Shown piece after piece: positions 26,631 to 42,148 of a stretch of 64,000 bases of DNA; position 1 is the stretch's first letter; every line of letters begins with the position of its first letter. The DNA is from Eledone cirrhosa (Eukaryota), in contig OZ024753.1 of assembly GCA_964016885.1 (NCBI GenBank), positions 46,252,001 through 46,316,000 of the forward strand. Reading direction: 5' to 3'. A program made the translations under genes and the position numbers. Under the pieces are notes generated by a model. It searched no databases. It was given only the letters and a program-made list of their open reading frames with translations, and was not told where the DNA came from.

Positions 26631-28857
26631 CATTAGCACTGTATTTTGCCCTTGACAAAGTTACATGTCTCTCGACATTCTGATATTTATTAGATTAATA
26701 CACTGAGCCATTAATCTATATTTAAAGTTACAATTGTTTAGCTGAAAGAAGTTTCCCTACTTTGACATAATACACGAGAATGAGGTTGCCTTATAGTGCT
26801 AAAATTAGTCAAGTAGACGCTATATTAAGAAGTGTTGTGTTCCACTAGTTTTATAAGAATACTCAGCTCCATTTCTCGTGATCTCACATTTTAACTTTAT
26901 CTTACATTTCAAATTTTCTTCTCACTTTCTAACACCCGCCGCCATTCTTAATCGACATCCCCCTCCCCCAAAAATATTGTTGGCTTTGTGCCTAAATCAG
27001 AAACAATTATTGCATAACAACTATAGCTGTTGCCTTTAAATAACAGTGAGAAACATTTGAAAGGAGTAGTCGTTAGGACTATACAAATATTTATTTAAAA
27101 GTGAATATTTAAATAAATATTAGCTACAGATTTCTAAACGTTTGGCTTGGGAAACGAATTAATTTGGTCGATAGAAGTAAATATATATGTCTGGTTTATA
27201 GAAACATATGAGCTAGTTCCGGGAATGTGAATTTCCGAATAATGCTAGACAATGTCATGGAATTACTTGCTGATATCAAGATTAAGGCATTGCTTTAGCT
27301 GCAACCACAAAGCCGTATAATATTTGTACGTCGAGTATGGAATAGGTCAACAGTTACATATACAAACTTACATCACATAATGTAAATTTGGCTTACAATT
27401 CTCTCCCTTTTCTCTCTCTCCATACATACCTATATATGTGTGTGTTCATACACACACTTACACACACACACATCAACATACACAGATGCGCACACACATA
27501 TATATATAATATTTATGTAATAAACAACATAAGATGATTATTTCATTTACCAGTGGTTTCTTGAAAGCAAATAAATCTGCTTTCAGTCGTCAGAACGACT
27601 ATATATATGTATATATATATATTTATTTATTTATTTATGTGTGTGTGCCTGTGTTAAAGAACACATGAACCCATATAAATATAGATGTAGGTAATTTTGG
27701 TAGTTTTGTTAATATCCCTGTAAAATCATTCGATTATCCATTCAGGATGATCTGATCGGAATTATCCTATTTCTACCATTTTTTCTCAACGTTCCACTCC
27801 ATTCAACCAATTTTATTGTACTCGTGATGTTCAATATAAACTGTCCATTTGCCAGGAATGTCTCGTTAAATTCCACCATTAAACAATAAACGTGCTCAGA
27901 TTTGCCAAAGCTTTAATCCTATCTATAATACCTTTTAAAATGAATGGTGATCTTCTTTAGTGTTTTTCTGGTGTTAGTCAGTTAAGGAAATTCTACAAAG
28001 TTACATTCAGTACATTAGCCTTTATGCTGTCTCATTAGTCTCCGCCTTTAATCTGCTTTCCTTTTCTCCTTCCTAGCAAAATGCTAATTTCTTCTGTTAC
28101 TCTTTCTCATGATTTAACCCAATCACATACACATATACACACATACATATATATTCATATATACATATGCATACATCTATACAAACGCTAGTCATATATA
28201 TATATATATATATATATACGCATGTAAAAAAAACGAGCGTGCGTAGAATACTGCAGACATAAGAAGCATAGCACGTGAATAGTTCTCGGCATTGAAAGAG
28301 CTACACAGATCATTTACACACACAAACATACACACACACGTTCACGCAGATACATATACAAAGGAACAAATCCGCGCGCACACACATATATATATATAAA
28401 GGCACGCACACGAACGCATAGACACACGCACACATGTACATATATATATATGTATATATATATGTACATAGATATATACATACAGATGAGGGAGAGAAAG
28501 AGACCTCTCTAGAGAGAGACATGGGTACAGCTAAACAAATATATATTATGAGCCGTGCACCATTGTACATGACTGCATATTAATAGCGGTTTTAACGAGG
28601 TTTACCTCCATTCTTCTAGCAACTTGTAGTGATATCGGATTGGCTTTTGTCAATAAATCAACAACACTATGTAGCAATCCTCGTTATAAGCTCAGACGTG
28701 AAGTCCTCGTCGCAATAAAGTGTCAAGAGAAAGTAGCTGAAAATAGACTCTATATAGATTCATTGTCGGCCAAGGGGACATGACACGCATACAGAAAATG
28801 AGGGGAAACGGGGAAAGAGAGAATTAACACTACATATTTTTACACATACACACTCCT

Positions 28858-30568
<1,711 letters not shown>

Positions 30569-31245
30569 CGCGGGTGCTATAAAGGATTACTTCATGCTTA
30601 TAGCAAATGTTCCGAATTCCACCCTGGTAAACAACAGAGAAAGAAAAAATATTTCATAAAAGAAACTACAAAAAAAAAATAATCAAGAAATATAAATATA
30701 AATATAAAGATGGCAAAGGGAAGGCACCACGTATATAGACGGCGCATATATTGAATACGTGCAGTTACTTTCATAAATGTCTAACAAACATGGTTCCAGC
30801 AGATGGTGTAATGATGTTAAACATCAATGAAAAGAAATATAATATTGCTAGGAAGCAGCAACAGAAGAAAATACGAAAAAAAAAAATAGATCCAAAGCCT
30901 GCTTTAACGCTTTTTTCATTGTTGCTCATATTCGATCTGCAGATAGGGAGCTGAATGAAGGTTATAGCAAATATAGGGATAGAGGGGTAACTTTAGGGGT
31001 TTGGGTTGTGATTAGGTAAGAGTTTAGGGAGTGTTATGGATTGGCTAGGGATTTATTTGTGATTGGTTTTCTGTTTGTGTTTAGGGTTAGGATGTTTGGA
31101 GTTCCGAGACAAAAGATATCGTTTGGCCCTTAGATAAACGCCGATATCTCCACAGCTTTAATCTCAACACAGGTTGAAAGTTTTTTTATCTTCCCCGTCT
31201 CCCTCTTATTTTTCCTCTATAAAACACACACACATATAAACATAT

Positions 31246-31313
<68 letters not shown>

Positions 31314-31472
31314 CGATATATGATACACTATCACATAAATACACAACACACACGTGTATGTGTATTTATGTGTACACTCACACAGACATATATATATGTA
31401 TATAAACATACAAACATGCAGGTGGCCAACCGAGAGTCACTCGCACATTCCACCACTTCTCTACTCCACCCG

Positions 31473-31541
<69 letters not shown>

Positions 31542-31622
31542 GCCCTTCTAATGTTTAGTCTATGGAATATTCTAGATGCTAGATCCGAAATATGAGTAAA
31601 AACAAACAAAAAGTGAACCAAA

Positions 31623-31679
<57 letters not shown>

Positions 31680-31886
31680 TAATAACAATATAAAGAAAAA
31701 AGAAGTAAAACAAAAACATCCACATAACCACAAAAAATAGTAACAAATAAAACCGCGTATAAGACCCCGGCCCTAAATACTGACAAGACTCAAATTTCTA
31801 TAATCTATGGATGATTATTATATCAGAGCTATGTTCTTATTAGTATTGTTGTTGTTGTTATTTGTTTTTTGTTTTGTTTTTGTTAT

Positions 31887-33197
31887 TGGTGGTGGTGGCG
31901 GCGGAGGTGGTGGAAGTGGTAGGAGTAGTAGTGTTGGTGGTAGTGGTGGTGGTAGAGGGGTGGTGGTGGTGTGATGTGATGGTTGTAGTGGTGGTGGTGG
32001 TGGTGTGGCGGGGGTATTGGAGGTGTTGATGGTAGTGGTGGTGTAGAAGTGGTGGTGTGTGGTGGTGGAGGTGTTGGTGTTGTAAATGATAGTGGTGGTG
32101 TCGAAGTGGTGGTGGTGGTGGTGGTGTTGGTGTTGTTGATGATAGTGGTGGTGTAGAAGTGGTGGTGGTGGTGGTGGTGGTGGAGGTGTTGGTGTTGTTG
32201 TTGTTGATGATAGTGGTGGTGTAGAAGTGGTGGTGGTGGTGGTGGTGTTGGCGGCAGTGGTGTTGGTGGTGGTGGTATTGGAGGAGGTGTGTTGGTGGTG
32301 GTGTAGAGGTTGTGATGTTGTTTGAGGTGTTGTTGGTGTTAATGGTGTTGGTGGTGGTGTTATTGTTGGTGGTAATGGTCGTGGTGGTGTAGAGGTGGTG
32401 GTGGTGTTGTTGTGTAATGGTCGTGGTGTTGGAGGTGGTGGTGGTGGTGGTGTAGACGTGGTGGTGGTGTACGTGGTGGTGGTGTTGTTGGTGTTAATGG
32501 TCGTGGTGTTGGAGGTGGTGGTGGTGTTGGAGGCAGTGGTGTTGGTGGTGGTGTAGAGGTGGTGGTGATGTTGTTGGTGTTAATGGTCGTGGTGTTGGAG
32601 GTGGTGGTGGTGTTGGAGGCAGTGGTGTTGGTGGTGGTGTAGAGGTGATGGTGTAGAGGTGATGGTGTAGAGGTGGAGGTGTTGGTGTTGGTGTAGAGGT
32701 GGAGGTGTTGGTGTGGTGTTAATGGTCGTGGTGTTGGAGGCAGTGGTGCTGGTGATGGTGTAGAGGTGATGGTGTAGAGGTGGTGGTGGTGTAGAGGTGG
32801 AGGTGTTGGTGTTGGTGGTGGTGTTGGAGGTGGAGGTGGTGGTGTTGTTGGTGTTATTGTTTGTTACGTTACAGAGTTCTTTTGAAATGTTCAATTTAAA
32901 ATACATCAATATGGGATTGGAAAACTGAAAGAGACAAAAAACAAAAAATAGCTGTTTAACAATATTGCTGTTGTTATTGACGACAACTGACTGATGTAAC
33001 ACATGATGATGGAGGTGGTGGTGATGGCGGTGGTGGTGGTGGTGATGGCGGTGGTGGCCGTGGTGGTGATGTTAGTGGTGGTGGTGGTGATGGTGGTGGT
33101 GGTGGTGGTGGTGATGGCGGTGGTGGTGATGGTGGTGGTGGTGATGGCGGTGATGGTGGTGGTGGTCGTGGTGGTTGTGATGTTAGTGGTGGTGGTG
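31887..33197. repeat. Cryptic (GGT)n tracts with recurring higher-order motifs (gttaatggtcgtggtgttggagg; ggtgtagagg)
   Basis: Directly visible. Confidence 0.9.
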
Positions 33198-33389
33198 TTT
33201 ATGAAAGGAGGTCACCATGGTTATGATTGTGAATGTTGAGGTGTTTGTGTAGGTGGGAGATGAGGTTCAAATATCAGTTGACCCGCTCCATACAGAAGTA
33301 GTTTTAAGTGTGTGCCGCTTGTCACAGATGACAGAGTCTCGCTGGTCTATGAAGGAGATGGTCATTGTTATTATTATTATTACTACAAC

Positions 33390-33441
<52 letters not shown>

Positions 33442-33530
33442 CTAATGTTTGCGATTATTGTAATGACACTACAGATGCTTGTCATAGCTTCATATATATA
33501 CTTGAATGGTATGTATACATACATACACAC

Positions 33531-33598
<68 letters not shown>

Positions 33599-33621
33599 CG
33601 CAGATTAAAATGTCTCAAATG

Positions 33622-33653
<32 letters not shown>

Positions 33654-34844
33654 TATTATTATTATTATTATTATTATTATAATAAGTAAGGTAAATATTT
33701 GATAAGTAAGGTGTAATGGTTTTGCTATTATTTGTCATACATAGTTCTGTTATTACACTACGTTGAGTTTTCCGATAATCTTTGGTTATTAGATCGAATA
33801 GCAATCGTTGGTTAAAAATATCTCACTAAAGGTTTCCCCTATATCAACTAACGTGTACATTTTCACTGATCATTCCACACATTATAATGAAGTTGTGCCT
33901 CCGAGTAGATTACTAGATAAGGTAGAAAACATTAATAATAAACTTAAAATTGGGGAAATAAAACGAGACCTATTATATGGTTTACTCCATTAATTAGGAA
34001 GAATTTTCCCCTACACAAGATATTCAAAAGAAACACTATTGATATATTATACTATACAATAGCTAAACTCGCACATAACATTATTGCATCTAGTTTAGCC
34101 AAATTATTTAACCATAGAAATATTAAGAATCGGTGACATAGTTCTTGTCGTAATTGCAACAAGATGAAGAGATGCCCTTTAGCTGGGAAATATTTCTCTA
34201 GTATTGTAGTTTACAAAAGCTTATATGGGATTAACAGCCATTAGATTCAAACTACGTTTACATATGCACACTCATTCATTTCGCATCGTATAAGAGGAAA
34301 TATGCCTTTACATTCGGCCTAGATTTTGAAACACAGAGATATCCGATATAGGTTAGATATTACAACAGAAATAAGTTAGATATTACTACGGCAGTAAAAA
34401 AAAAACCTTGTGATCTTTGTGCTGCTGAAGCCCTGGAAATCCGCTACGTGAGCCTGCGTGGGAAAAGAACTGGCGAAAGAGCGGACATAGATATACATAT
34501 GATGAAATATGGAAGGAATAAATTAATAAAAAATAGATAGAGAAGGGTAGAGGAAGAAAGAAGCAATAGTAGTAAGTGATAGAATTGTCGCTGGACTTGA
34601 ATAACAGCGGATATAATTAGCGTTATGGAGAGTAGGTATATTGATTAAAGACGTGTGTAGAGGCGAATAATAAAGTGTAGGTTATATGATTATGTAAATA
34701 AGTGATTGTATAATGAGAGAAATTGGAAGAGGAGCAGGATGTGTTAGAGTTTACATGATTGGACGAAGAAAGACAAGTAAAGAAATTTAATTATACAGAA
34801 GAAGCTAGAGAGGGATTTGAGAAAATTAGTGAAGCGTGGGGATA

Positions 34845-34970
34845 AATATTATTGTGGTTCTTTTCCTGGCTTTTTACATTCTGCGTTCAAATCACACCGG
34901 GGTCAACTTTGCTATTCGTCCTTCCGGAGTCGATAAAATAAAATATCAGTAATGTACTGGGAGTTGATTT
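34845..34970 (+). mobile_element. SINE family A, diverged copy
   Basis: ttctgcgttcaaatcacaccggggtcaactttgctattcgtccttccggagtcgataaaataaa aligns to the family A core. Confidence 0.75.
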
Positions 34971-35072
34971 AAGCAGGTTTTTCCGTTCCCCAAATTTGCT
35001 GACGTTCTAACTCTAGTGGTAGTAGTATTAGTATTACTATTAGTACTAGAAGGAGGAGCAGGAGCAGTAACT

Positions 35073-35141
<69 letters not shown>

Positions 35142-35342
35142 TTGGTAATAACATGGTACAGTATGTGACACAAACACCATACTACACCACTAGCTAAGTG
35201 CCAGTGTGCCCCTGTGCCACTTAGCTAGTGGTGTCAATATTAAGGACTACTAATACATCACTTGATCAATAGATAATCCAGGTTTCAAATCCCAGTGGAG
35301 TCAGCCATTGCCTTTCAACTCTCCGGCGTCGTCAATAAATTA

Positions 35343-35615
35343 CCTTCTAGCAATATTACAAGGGAGGCGACCATTTTATATTATAGCCACCGCTTACACA
35401 CACATAGACACACACACATACGCACACCTATCAATATGATAGGGGTGGGGACATTTTACAACACTATAACCAACCCCTACTACACACATATGCAACTTCT
35501 GGCAATATTATAGGGGTGGGGTCATTTTAACACACTACAGAGACCACACACACCTTCTAGCTGTATTAAGGTGGTGGCGCTTACTTTAACACACTATAAT
35601 GACCACACACACACA
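35343..35615. repeat. Diverged tandem repeat, about 4 units of ~60-90 bp
   Basis: Recurring cttct(a/g)gc..tatta..gg.gg...ttt(t)a.cacta...cacacac motifs. Confidence 0.55.
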
Positions 35616-36600
35616 CACACACATATCCATATATATACACATACACACACAAATATTGTCCTCGATAATAATTCATTTTGTATATCATAGACAGAAATAT
35701 CTTTCAGTGTTGCAGGCGTTGATATGGATAATGGCGGTAGTGCCGATGTTGGTGGTTGGGGCGGTGGTTTTGATGGTATTGATGGTAATTATGGGAGGTG
35801 GTGGTTGTGGTGATGACGGTGGTGGTGGTGGTGGTGGTGGTTACGGTGATGGGGATGGTAATGTTTCTAGTGGTAGTGCTGTCATTGTTGCTAGTGGTAC
35901 TGGTGTTGTTGTTGTTGGTGGTGGTGATGATGGCGGTGGTAATTGTCGCAGTGGTACTGTTGTTGCTATTATTGTTGTTGTTGTTGTTGTTTGTTGTCGG
36001 TGGTGTTGCTGGTGGTACTGGTGTTGTTCTTGATGTTGTTGACGTCGTGCCAATTTTGTATAGCGGGAAGATTAAAGATTCTAAATGTGTTACACTACTC
36101 TACTAAATAACTAAATATAGGGGCCGATTTCTTCATTCGCTGACCCCATACCCTTACATTCATTCTAAAACAAAAACTGGAACCATCCGCCTTTACTAAA
36201 TCAATTTCCCAGATCCAATTCACTGACCACATATCACCCATCTATTTCTACATGGTCCCGCCTCTTAAAACTCATTAATATTTTTTTCTTTTTAACCCTC
36301 TACAGACGATATAACAGTTAGCTCCCTTTATTTTATCAGGGATTATTTTTTAACTACCAAATTACCTCCCTTATCTTTCTTTTAGCACTCTGTATATCTC
36401 AAACACCAATCACGTCATATATATTACCAATTCTATTTCTTTTTTTTTTCGGAAATCTTTTACACTCGATGGAAACGAACCGTTATAACGTCATGTATTA
36501 TTAACAAAAGCTCGATACATGTGTGTTTGTGTCATACACAGTTCACTTTCCTGACATCTGTACATTATTCTATACATGCACATTCGATGAGTTGTAGTGC

Positions 36601-36638
36601 ACCTGAGCACTGTATATATATATATACAGTGCTCAGGT
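36601..36638. repeat. Perfect 38-bp palindrome centred on (TA)n
   Basis: acctgagcactgtatatatatatatacagtgctcaggt equals its own reverse complement. Confidence 0.97.
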
Positions 36639-36877
36639 ATATATATATACCATGAACGTACATTCCGTGTTTGGCTACGCTGGTAATTATATTAAAACTC
36701 ACCCTACGGAATTCAGTTGTTCTATACCTTGTTTAATTCTACCATGTTACTGCCACTTCGACTCATACCCAATATCATATATAAACATATATATATATAC
36801 ATACATATATCATCATCATCGTTGGACGTTAAACGATGATGATGATGATTATATATATATATATATATTATATATAT

Positions 36878-36909
<32 letters not shown>

Positions 36910-37066
36910 TGTAGTTGGTGGTTATGGCGATGTTTATTATGATTGTGGTGTTGACAGTGGTGTTAGTGGCGGGGGGGTGAGAGCATTGTCATTATTACAG
37001 TAAGTCAACATCAAAGGATATTTACCGTCGTGTGTATGATTCGTGAAACATAGTGGTGGTAATGGC

Positions 37067-37138
<72 letters not shown>

Positions 37139-37514
37139 TAGGAAGGGGAGCAGGTTTGTGAGAGGCGGAGGGGGGGGGGGGGGGGGGGGGGGTGAAAGAG
37201 AGAATGAGGGAGGTGAAGTAGCAGAGAGGTGTGGTAAGAGAGAGGGAATATGGTTGACGGTCGACTGGATAGGTTCATGCATGCATGCAATAATGGTGGC
37301 TTTAGTAGTAGTAGTGGTGGTGGTGGTGGTGGTGGTGGTGCTTGCTATGCTGGTTGATTTCGTGGTGGAGTAAAAGCAGTAGGGATACCATTCTCGAGTG
37401 AGTTTGTATGTGTGTATATGTGTGTGTGTGTGCATATATGTGTATGTATATATATATATGTATGTGTGTGTATATATATATGTGTGTGTGTGTGTGTGCA
37501 TATATGTGGGTGTG

Positions 37515-37545
<31 letters not shown>

Positions 37546-37689
37546 ATATATATATGTATGTGTATGTATATATATGTGTGTGTGCATATATATATGTGTG
37601 TGTGTAGACGTAAGTGCGGGTGTTTTCATGTGTTATATAGAGTGGATGTGTTCTGATTTGTTTTGTTGTTTGGAGCGAGTGGCAAATAG

Positions 37690-38020
37690 TGTTGGCGGTG
37701 GTGGTGGTGTTAGCTGGTGGTGGTGGTGGTGTTGGTGGTGGTGTTGGTGGTGTGGTTGTATTGGCTGGTGGTGGTGGTGGTGGTGGTGTTGATAGTGGTG
37801 TTAGCTGGTGGTGGTGGTGGGGAATTGATAGTGGTGGTGGTGGTGGGGAATTGATAGTGGTGTTGGTGGTGGTGTTCATAGTAGTGTTGGGTGGTGGTGT
37901 TGGTGGGGAATTGATAGTGGTGGTGGTGGTGTTCATAGTAGTGTTGGGTGGTGGTGTTGGTGGTGGCGTTGATAGTGGTGGTGGTGGTGGTGGTGGTGTT
38001 CATAGTAGTGTTGGGTGGTG
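37690..38020. repeat. (GGT)n-derived minisatellite with gttcatagtagtgttgggtggtgg and ggggaattgatagtggtg units
   Basis: Directly visible. Confidence 0.88.
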
Positions 38021-38544
38021 GGTTTTATGTAAAACATGGATTCTGGAGAGAGCAGAGGTGATACAGATGAGGCTCCGCGTTATATGAGGACGGAGGTGGT
38101 GGTGGTGGTGCGGGTGGGGTGGGATGGCAATGATTGAGATGATATGGTCTGGGGGTGTATGGGGGGGGGGGGGGTTAGTGATATTGATAATAACAGTGGT
38201 GTTAATGCTGTGATGCTAGTGTTCCTGCAAAATTAAGATATGGTGAATGATGTGTGGGGTGGGTTGAGGGTGTTTTATATTTGATACTATTAATGGGTGA
38301 TGTTTGTGGTGGAGGGTAGTGGTGATATTGTGTTTGAAGTGGCAGTGTTTTGTTGTTGTTGCAGTAATTGTAGTAGTGGTGGTGGTGTTATTGCAAGGGA
38401 GTGTGTTAACAATATATAACAGTAGTCTTTTGAGGCAGTTTTGCTGCTATCTTCAGCAGTTCCAGTTAAGTCCAACTTCTCTCCTCGTCCTACAGAGTAG
38501 CAACTTCCGACGTATTTACTAAGGTATTATAATAGCAATCTCCC

Positions 38545-38722
38545 TAGTGGAGCGATGCAGCGAATTATATCGATCCAGTACTTCATTGGTACTTTGTTTT
38601 ACCGATACCATATCAACGGAAGTTAAACGTTGAATTCGGTAGAATTTGAAGGTAAAGAAACGGTAGAAATATTGGAACACATTTTGGCGGACATTCTCAC
38701 GATTCCATAAATCAATCGTCTT
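38545..38722 (-). mobile_element. SINE family A, old diverged copy
   Basis: cattggtactttgttttaccga...gaatttgaa...cggacattctcacgattc resembles the reverse complement of family A. Confidence 0.55.
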
Positions 38723-38724
38723 GC

Positions 38725-39097
38725 AAGAAATAACTGTTATTTATTAGTAATCGATAATTATAAGAAATAACTGTTTATTTATTAATAATCGATAATTATA
38801 AGAAATAACTGTTATTTATTAATAATCGATAACTGTTATTTATATATGTTATTTATTAATAATCGATAACTGTTATTTATATCTGTTATTTATTAATAAT
38901 CGATACTTATGAGAAATAACTGTTATTTATTAATAATCGATAATTATAAGAAATATCTGTAATTTTTTAATGATCGATAACTGTTATTTATTAATAATCG
39001 ATCATTATAAGAAATATTGTTATTTATTAATAATCGATAACTGTTATTTATAACTGTTATTTATTAATAATCGATAATTATGAGAAATAACTTATTT
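38725..39097. repeat. AT-rich minisatellite, ~37-bp unit aagaaataactgttatttattaataatcgataattat, with internally deleted variants
   Basis: Directly visible. Confidence 0.92.
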
Positions 39098-39303
39098 ATC
39101 GTGAATGAGATGCAGCCATACCACATTGTTCTTCACGCAGGATAATAAACTGATTTCGACCCTGAAGTCCACAGAAAAAACTTAACCAACTCGTGAAGAT
39201 ACTCGTTAGTTTAACTATAACATAATACCAAATGTTCAACTTAATACGTTGGATAACATTGGTAATAGCAAGAAACGTATGAGATGGAGCTGTAACAGGC
39301 GTC

Positions 39304-39406
<103 letters not shown>

Positions 39407-40933
39407 AGACATCCAGAAGTGAAGGAAAGAAAGATAAAAGGCAGAAAGAAAGTTGAAAGGTGAAGAAGAAATCAGTAAGTGGGTTAAGAAGGAACAAACA
39501 AAAAAGAATGATTCAATAATGAAAAGGCAGGAATGAAAAAAAGATGGACGAAAAGTGAGAGAGAGAAAGAGATAGAGAGAGAGGGGGGAGAGGCAACGGG
39601 AGATAGACGGACAATAAAAGAGACAAAGAGACAATGAGAGAGACAGTGGGGAGAGAGAGAGAAATAGAAGACGGGTAAAGAGTGAGGGAAATGAAAGTAA
39701 ATGAAGCGATAAAAACGAAATTAAAAAAGATAAAGAGAGAGAAAATGGTTTGAAATGAAAGAATTGGAAGAAGAAATAATTGAAGAAAGAAAAAGTAAAG
39801 AAGCTGAGCAAGAAAGAAGTCGAGATTAGGATAATAATGGCGTCTTTTTACATGGAAACGAGGTTTAGTTTCTTTGTAAAGATACGGCATAGTTTCTTTG
39901 TCAGTCTGTATAGATGAAGAGTAGTTGATGGAATGGGAGTCCGATTTCTAACTGTAATTATGTTATATGAAAAGGTATAGAGGTTTTATTGAGAACAACC
40001 AGCATTTAACCAGATAGTATTTGTGAATGGTTTGATAATGGTTAATACGATGAAACAGAAGAATGTATAGACTTGTGATCATCTATATTGGCAACATTAC
40101 CGATTTCAATGATTTTAATTAAAACTGACGTCGTATCTATGTTGTTCTGTTATGAGAGATAAAAGAAAATAACGTTTCGAATATAATTACTTTTCCTTTT
40201 TAGAACGAAAGCTAACCGATATGTTAGTTCTTGTTTTTCATTACAAAACAACATGCAAGACTTAAAAACGAAACAAAACAGACATCAAGGAAGTATATAT
40301 GCGGTCGGTCGACCTTGTAACAGCCTACACTGAATTATATCTCAAGGTTTTAAATAATTTTACAATAATTGCTTTGTTATGACACATGGTCTATTTGTAA
40401 AACCATTAGAACCTATGGAATGCAGAGATATGCAGGAGACGCCGCCCTCCCTGAAATATTAGAATTCATCGCTACTCATGATACACACAAACTTATCTTA
40501 TTCCTCACATTTTGTAACAACAGTATGTTTATTTGCATTGGCTTATTTGTATTGACCAACGATCGAACAATGAAGAGAGACTGCTGCATGGAATGAAGCG
40601 ACCTTTGTATCTGTGAGGAAGTCACAGGAATATAATAGACATTGACTATAGCTTGAATAACGTGACATGGCAAATTCGTAACAAACTAATAAAATTCTTC
40701 TCCATGTTTGAAGTAATCGATCCGTTCGCTTTTGTTCATATATTTTTTTTTTGTTTGTGTATGTGTTGATATTTTTGTGTTCCCTCATAATCAAAGATAT
40801 ATGCAAATATCTGATTACACACAAGCAAACAAACATATTAAGACTCACACGCGAAACTACACGTCTATTAACACCCCCACACGTTCCTGCTTACACACAC
40901 GCATGTATGTGTATATATGCCTCTCTCTCTCTG

Positions 40934-40977
<44 letters not shown>

Positions 40978-41204
40978 TGACTTAATTCACACGTGCTTTT
41001 TTTCATTTTTTTTTCCGTTTCTTCCTCTTCTAACTGTCTATCTTTCTATTTCATTTTTTATTTCCTATTCTCTCTTCTAATGAAGAACTACTGTCCGAAG
41101 CGTGAAGACGCTTTTTATACTATATCAAGCATTAAACTAATATATTTCATTGTACTGTGTTGTTTGCTTTGAAGATTCCGTTTATTTTGTGCATACATAA
41201 TATA

Positions 41205-41275
<71 letters not shown>

Positions 41276-41592
41276 ATACGATCATCTTTTTTTCCGGTAT
41301 GTATATCATATTTTGCTCTGCTTTCATTGATATTCTCCTCTATAGTATGTTATATTTTATGTTATATTTTTAATCTCATATATTTGTTGTTTTATTTCTT
41401 CATTTGATTTGTTCTTGTTCCACAAATCTATCGATCTCATTTATTATTTATGTTTTCATTTATTTATTTTATTAACCTAATTTTTATTCTTTTCCTTCTT
41501 TTTTCTTTCTATTTTCTTTTTTATTACATTTTTTTCTTTCTTTTTCTCATTTTTCTTCATTTCTTTCTTCGTCTTTTCCCCATCATATTCAG

Positions 41593-41651
41593 TAGAAAAG
41601 ACAAGGAATTTCATGAAGACATAATACCAGAAATCAAAGACCAAGAATTAG
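41593..41651 (+). CDS. Candidate internal exon RKDKEFHEDIIPEIKDQEL(G), unassigned
   Basis: Long polypyrimidine tract, CAG/TAG tandem acceptor, purine-rich island, AG|GTTAGT donor; only one frame is open. Confidence 0.45.
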
Positions 41652-42044
41652 GTTAGTTCCGTTATAGGAATTTCCTTGGAATTCCTTATTCGCATCTATA
41701 ACTACATTTGTTGTTGTTGTTATATTTATTATTTACTTCTAAGGATTCCCTCCCCTGGCAGACACCCCCACCCCTCCCCACACTATATTATATTTATTTA
41801 TTTAATTATTTCTTCGATCTATTATTTTGTTATCTTCTCCACTCTATATTACAGTTCTTCTATTACGTCCTTTCTTTAATCGATTCTTTCCCTCTTTCTC
41901 TCCGTGCTTTTAACACTTCCTTTCATTCTTTCTTTTCTTTTCCTTTCATCTTTCATTCTCTTTCATTCTCTTTCTCTCTTTCATCATTTTTTATTCACTC
42001 GGTCTTACCTTAATTTATTTTCCATATTCATTGTGTGTGTGTAA

Positions 42045-42090
<46 letters not shown>

Positions 42091-42095
42091 ACACT

Positions 42096-42148
<53 letters not shown>

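Noticed and set aside
30990-31095. TTAGGG-like tract as an interstitial telomere
   Set aside because: Only scattered, highly degenerate matches; more likely a low-complexity part of an old repeat.
39145-39180. Minus-strand ctgtg-gac...gtc-gaaa motif
   Set aside because: Core incomplete and stem I unsupported.
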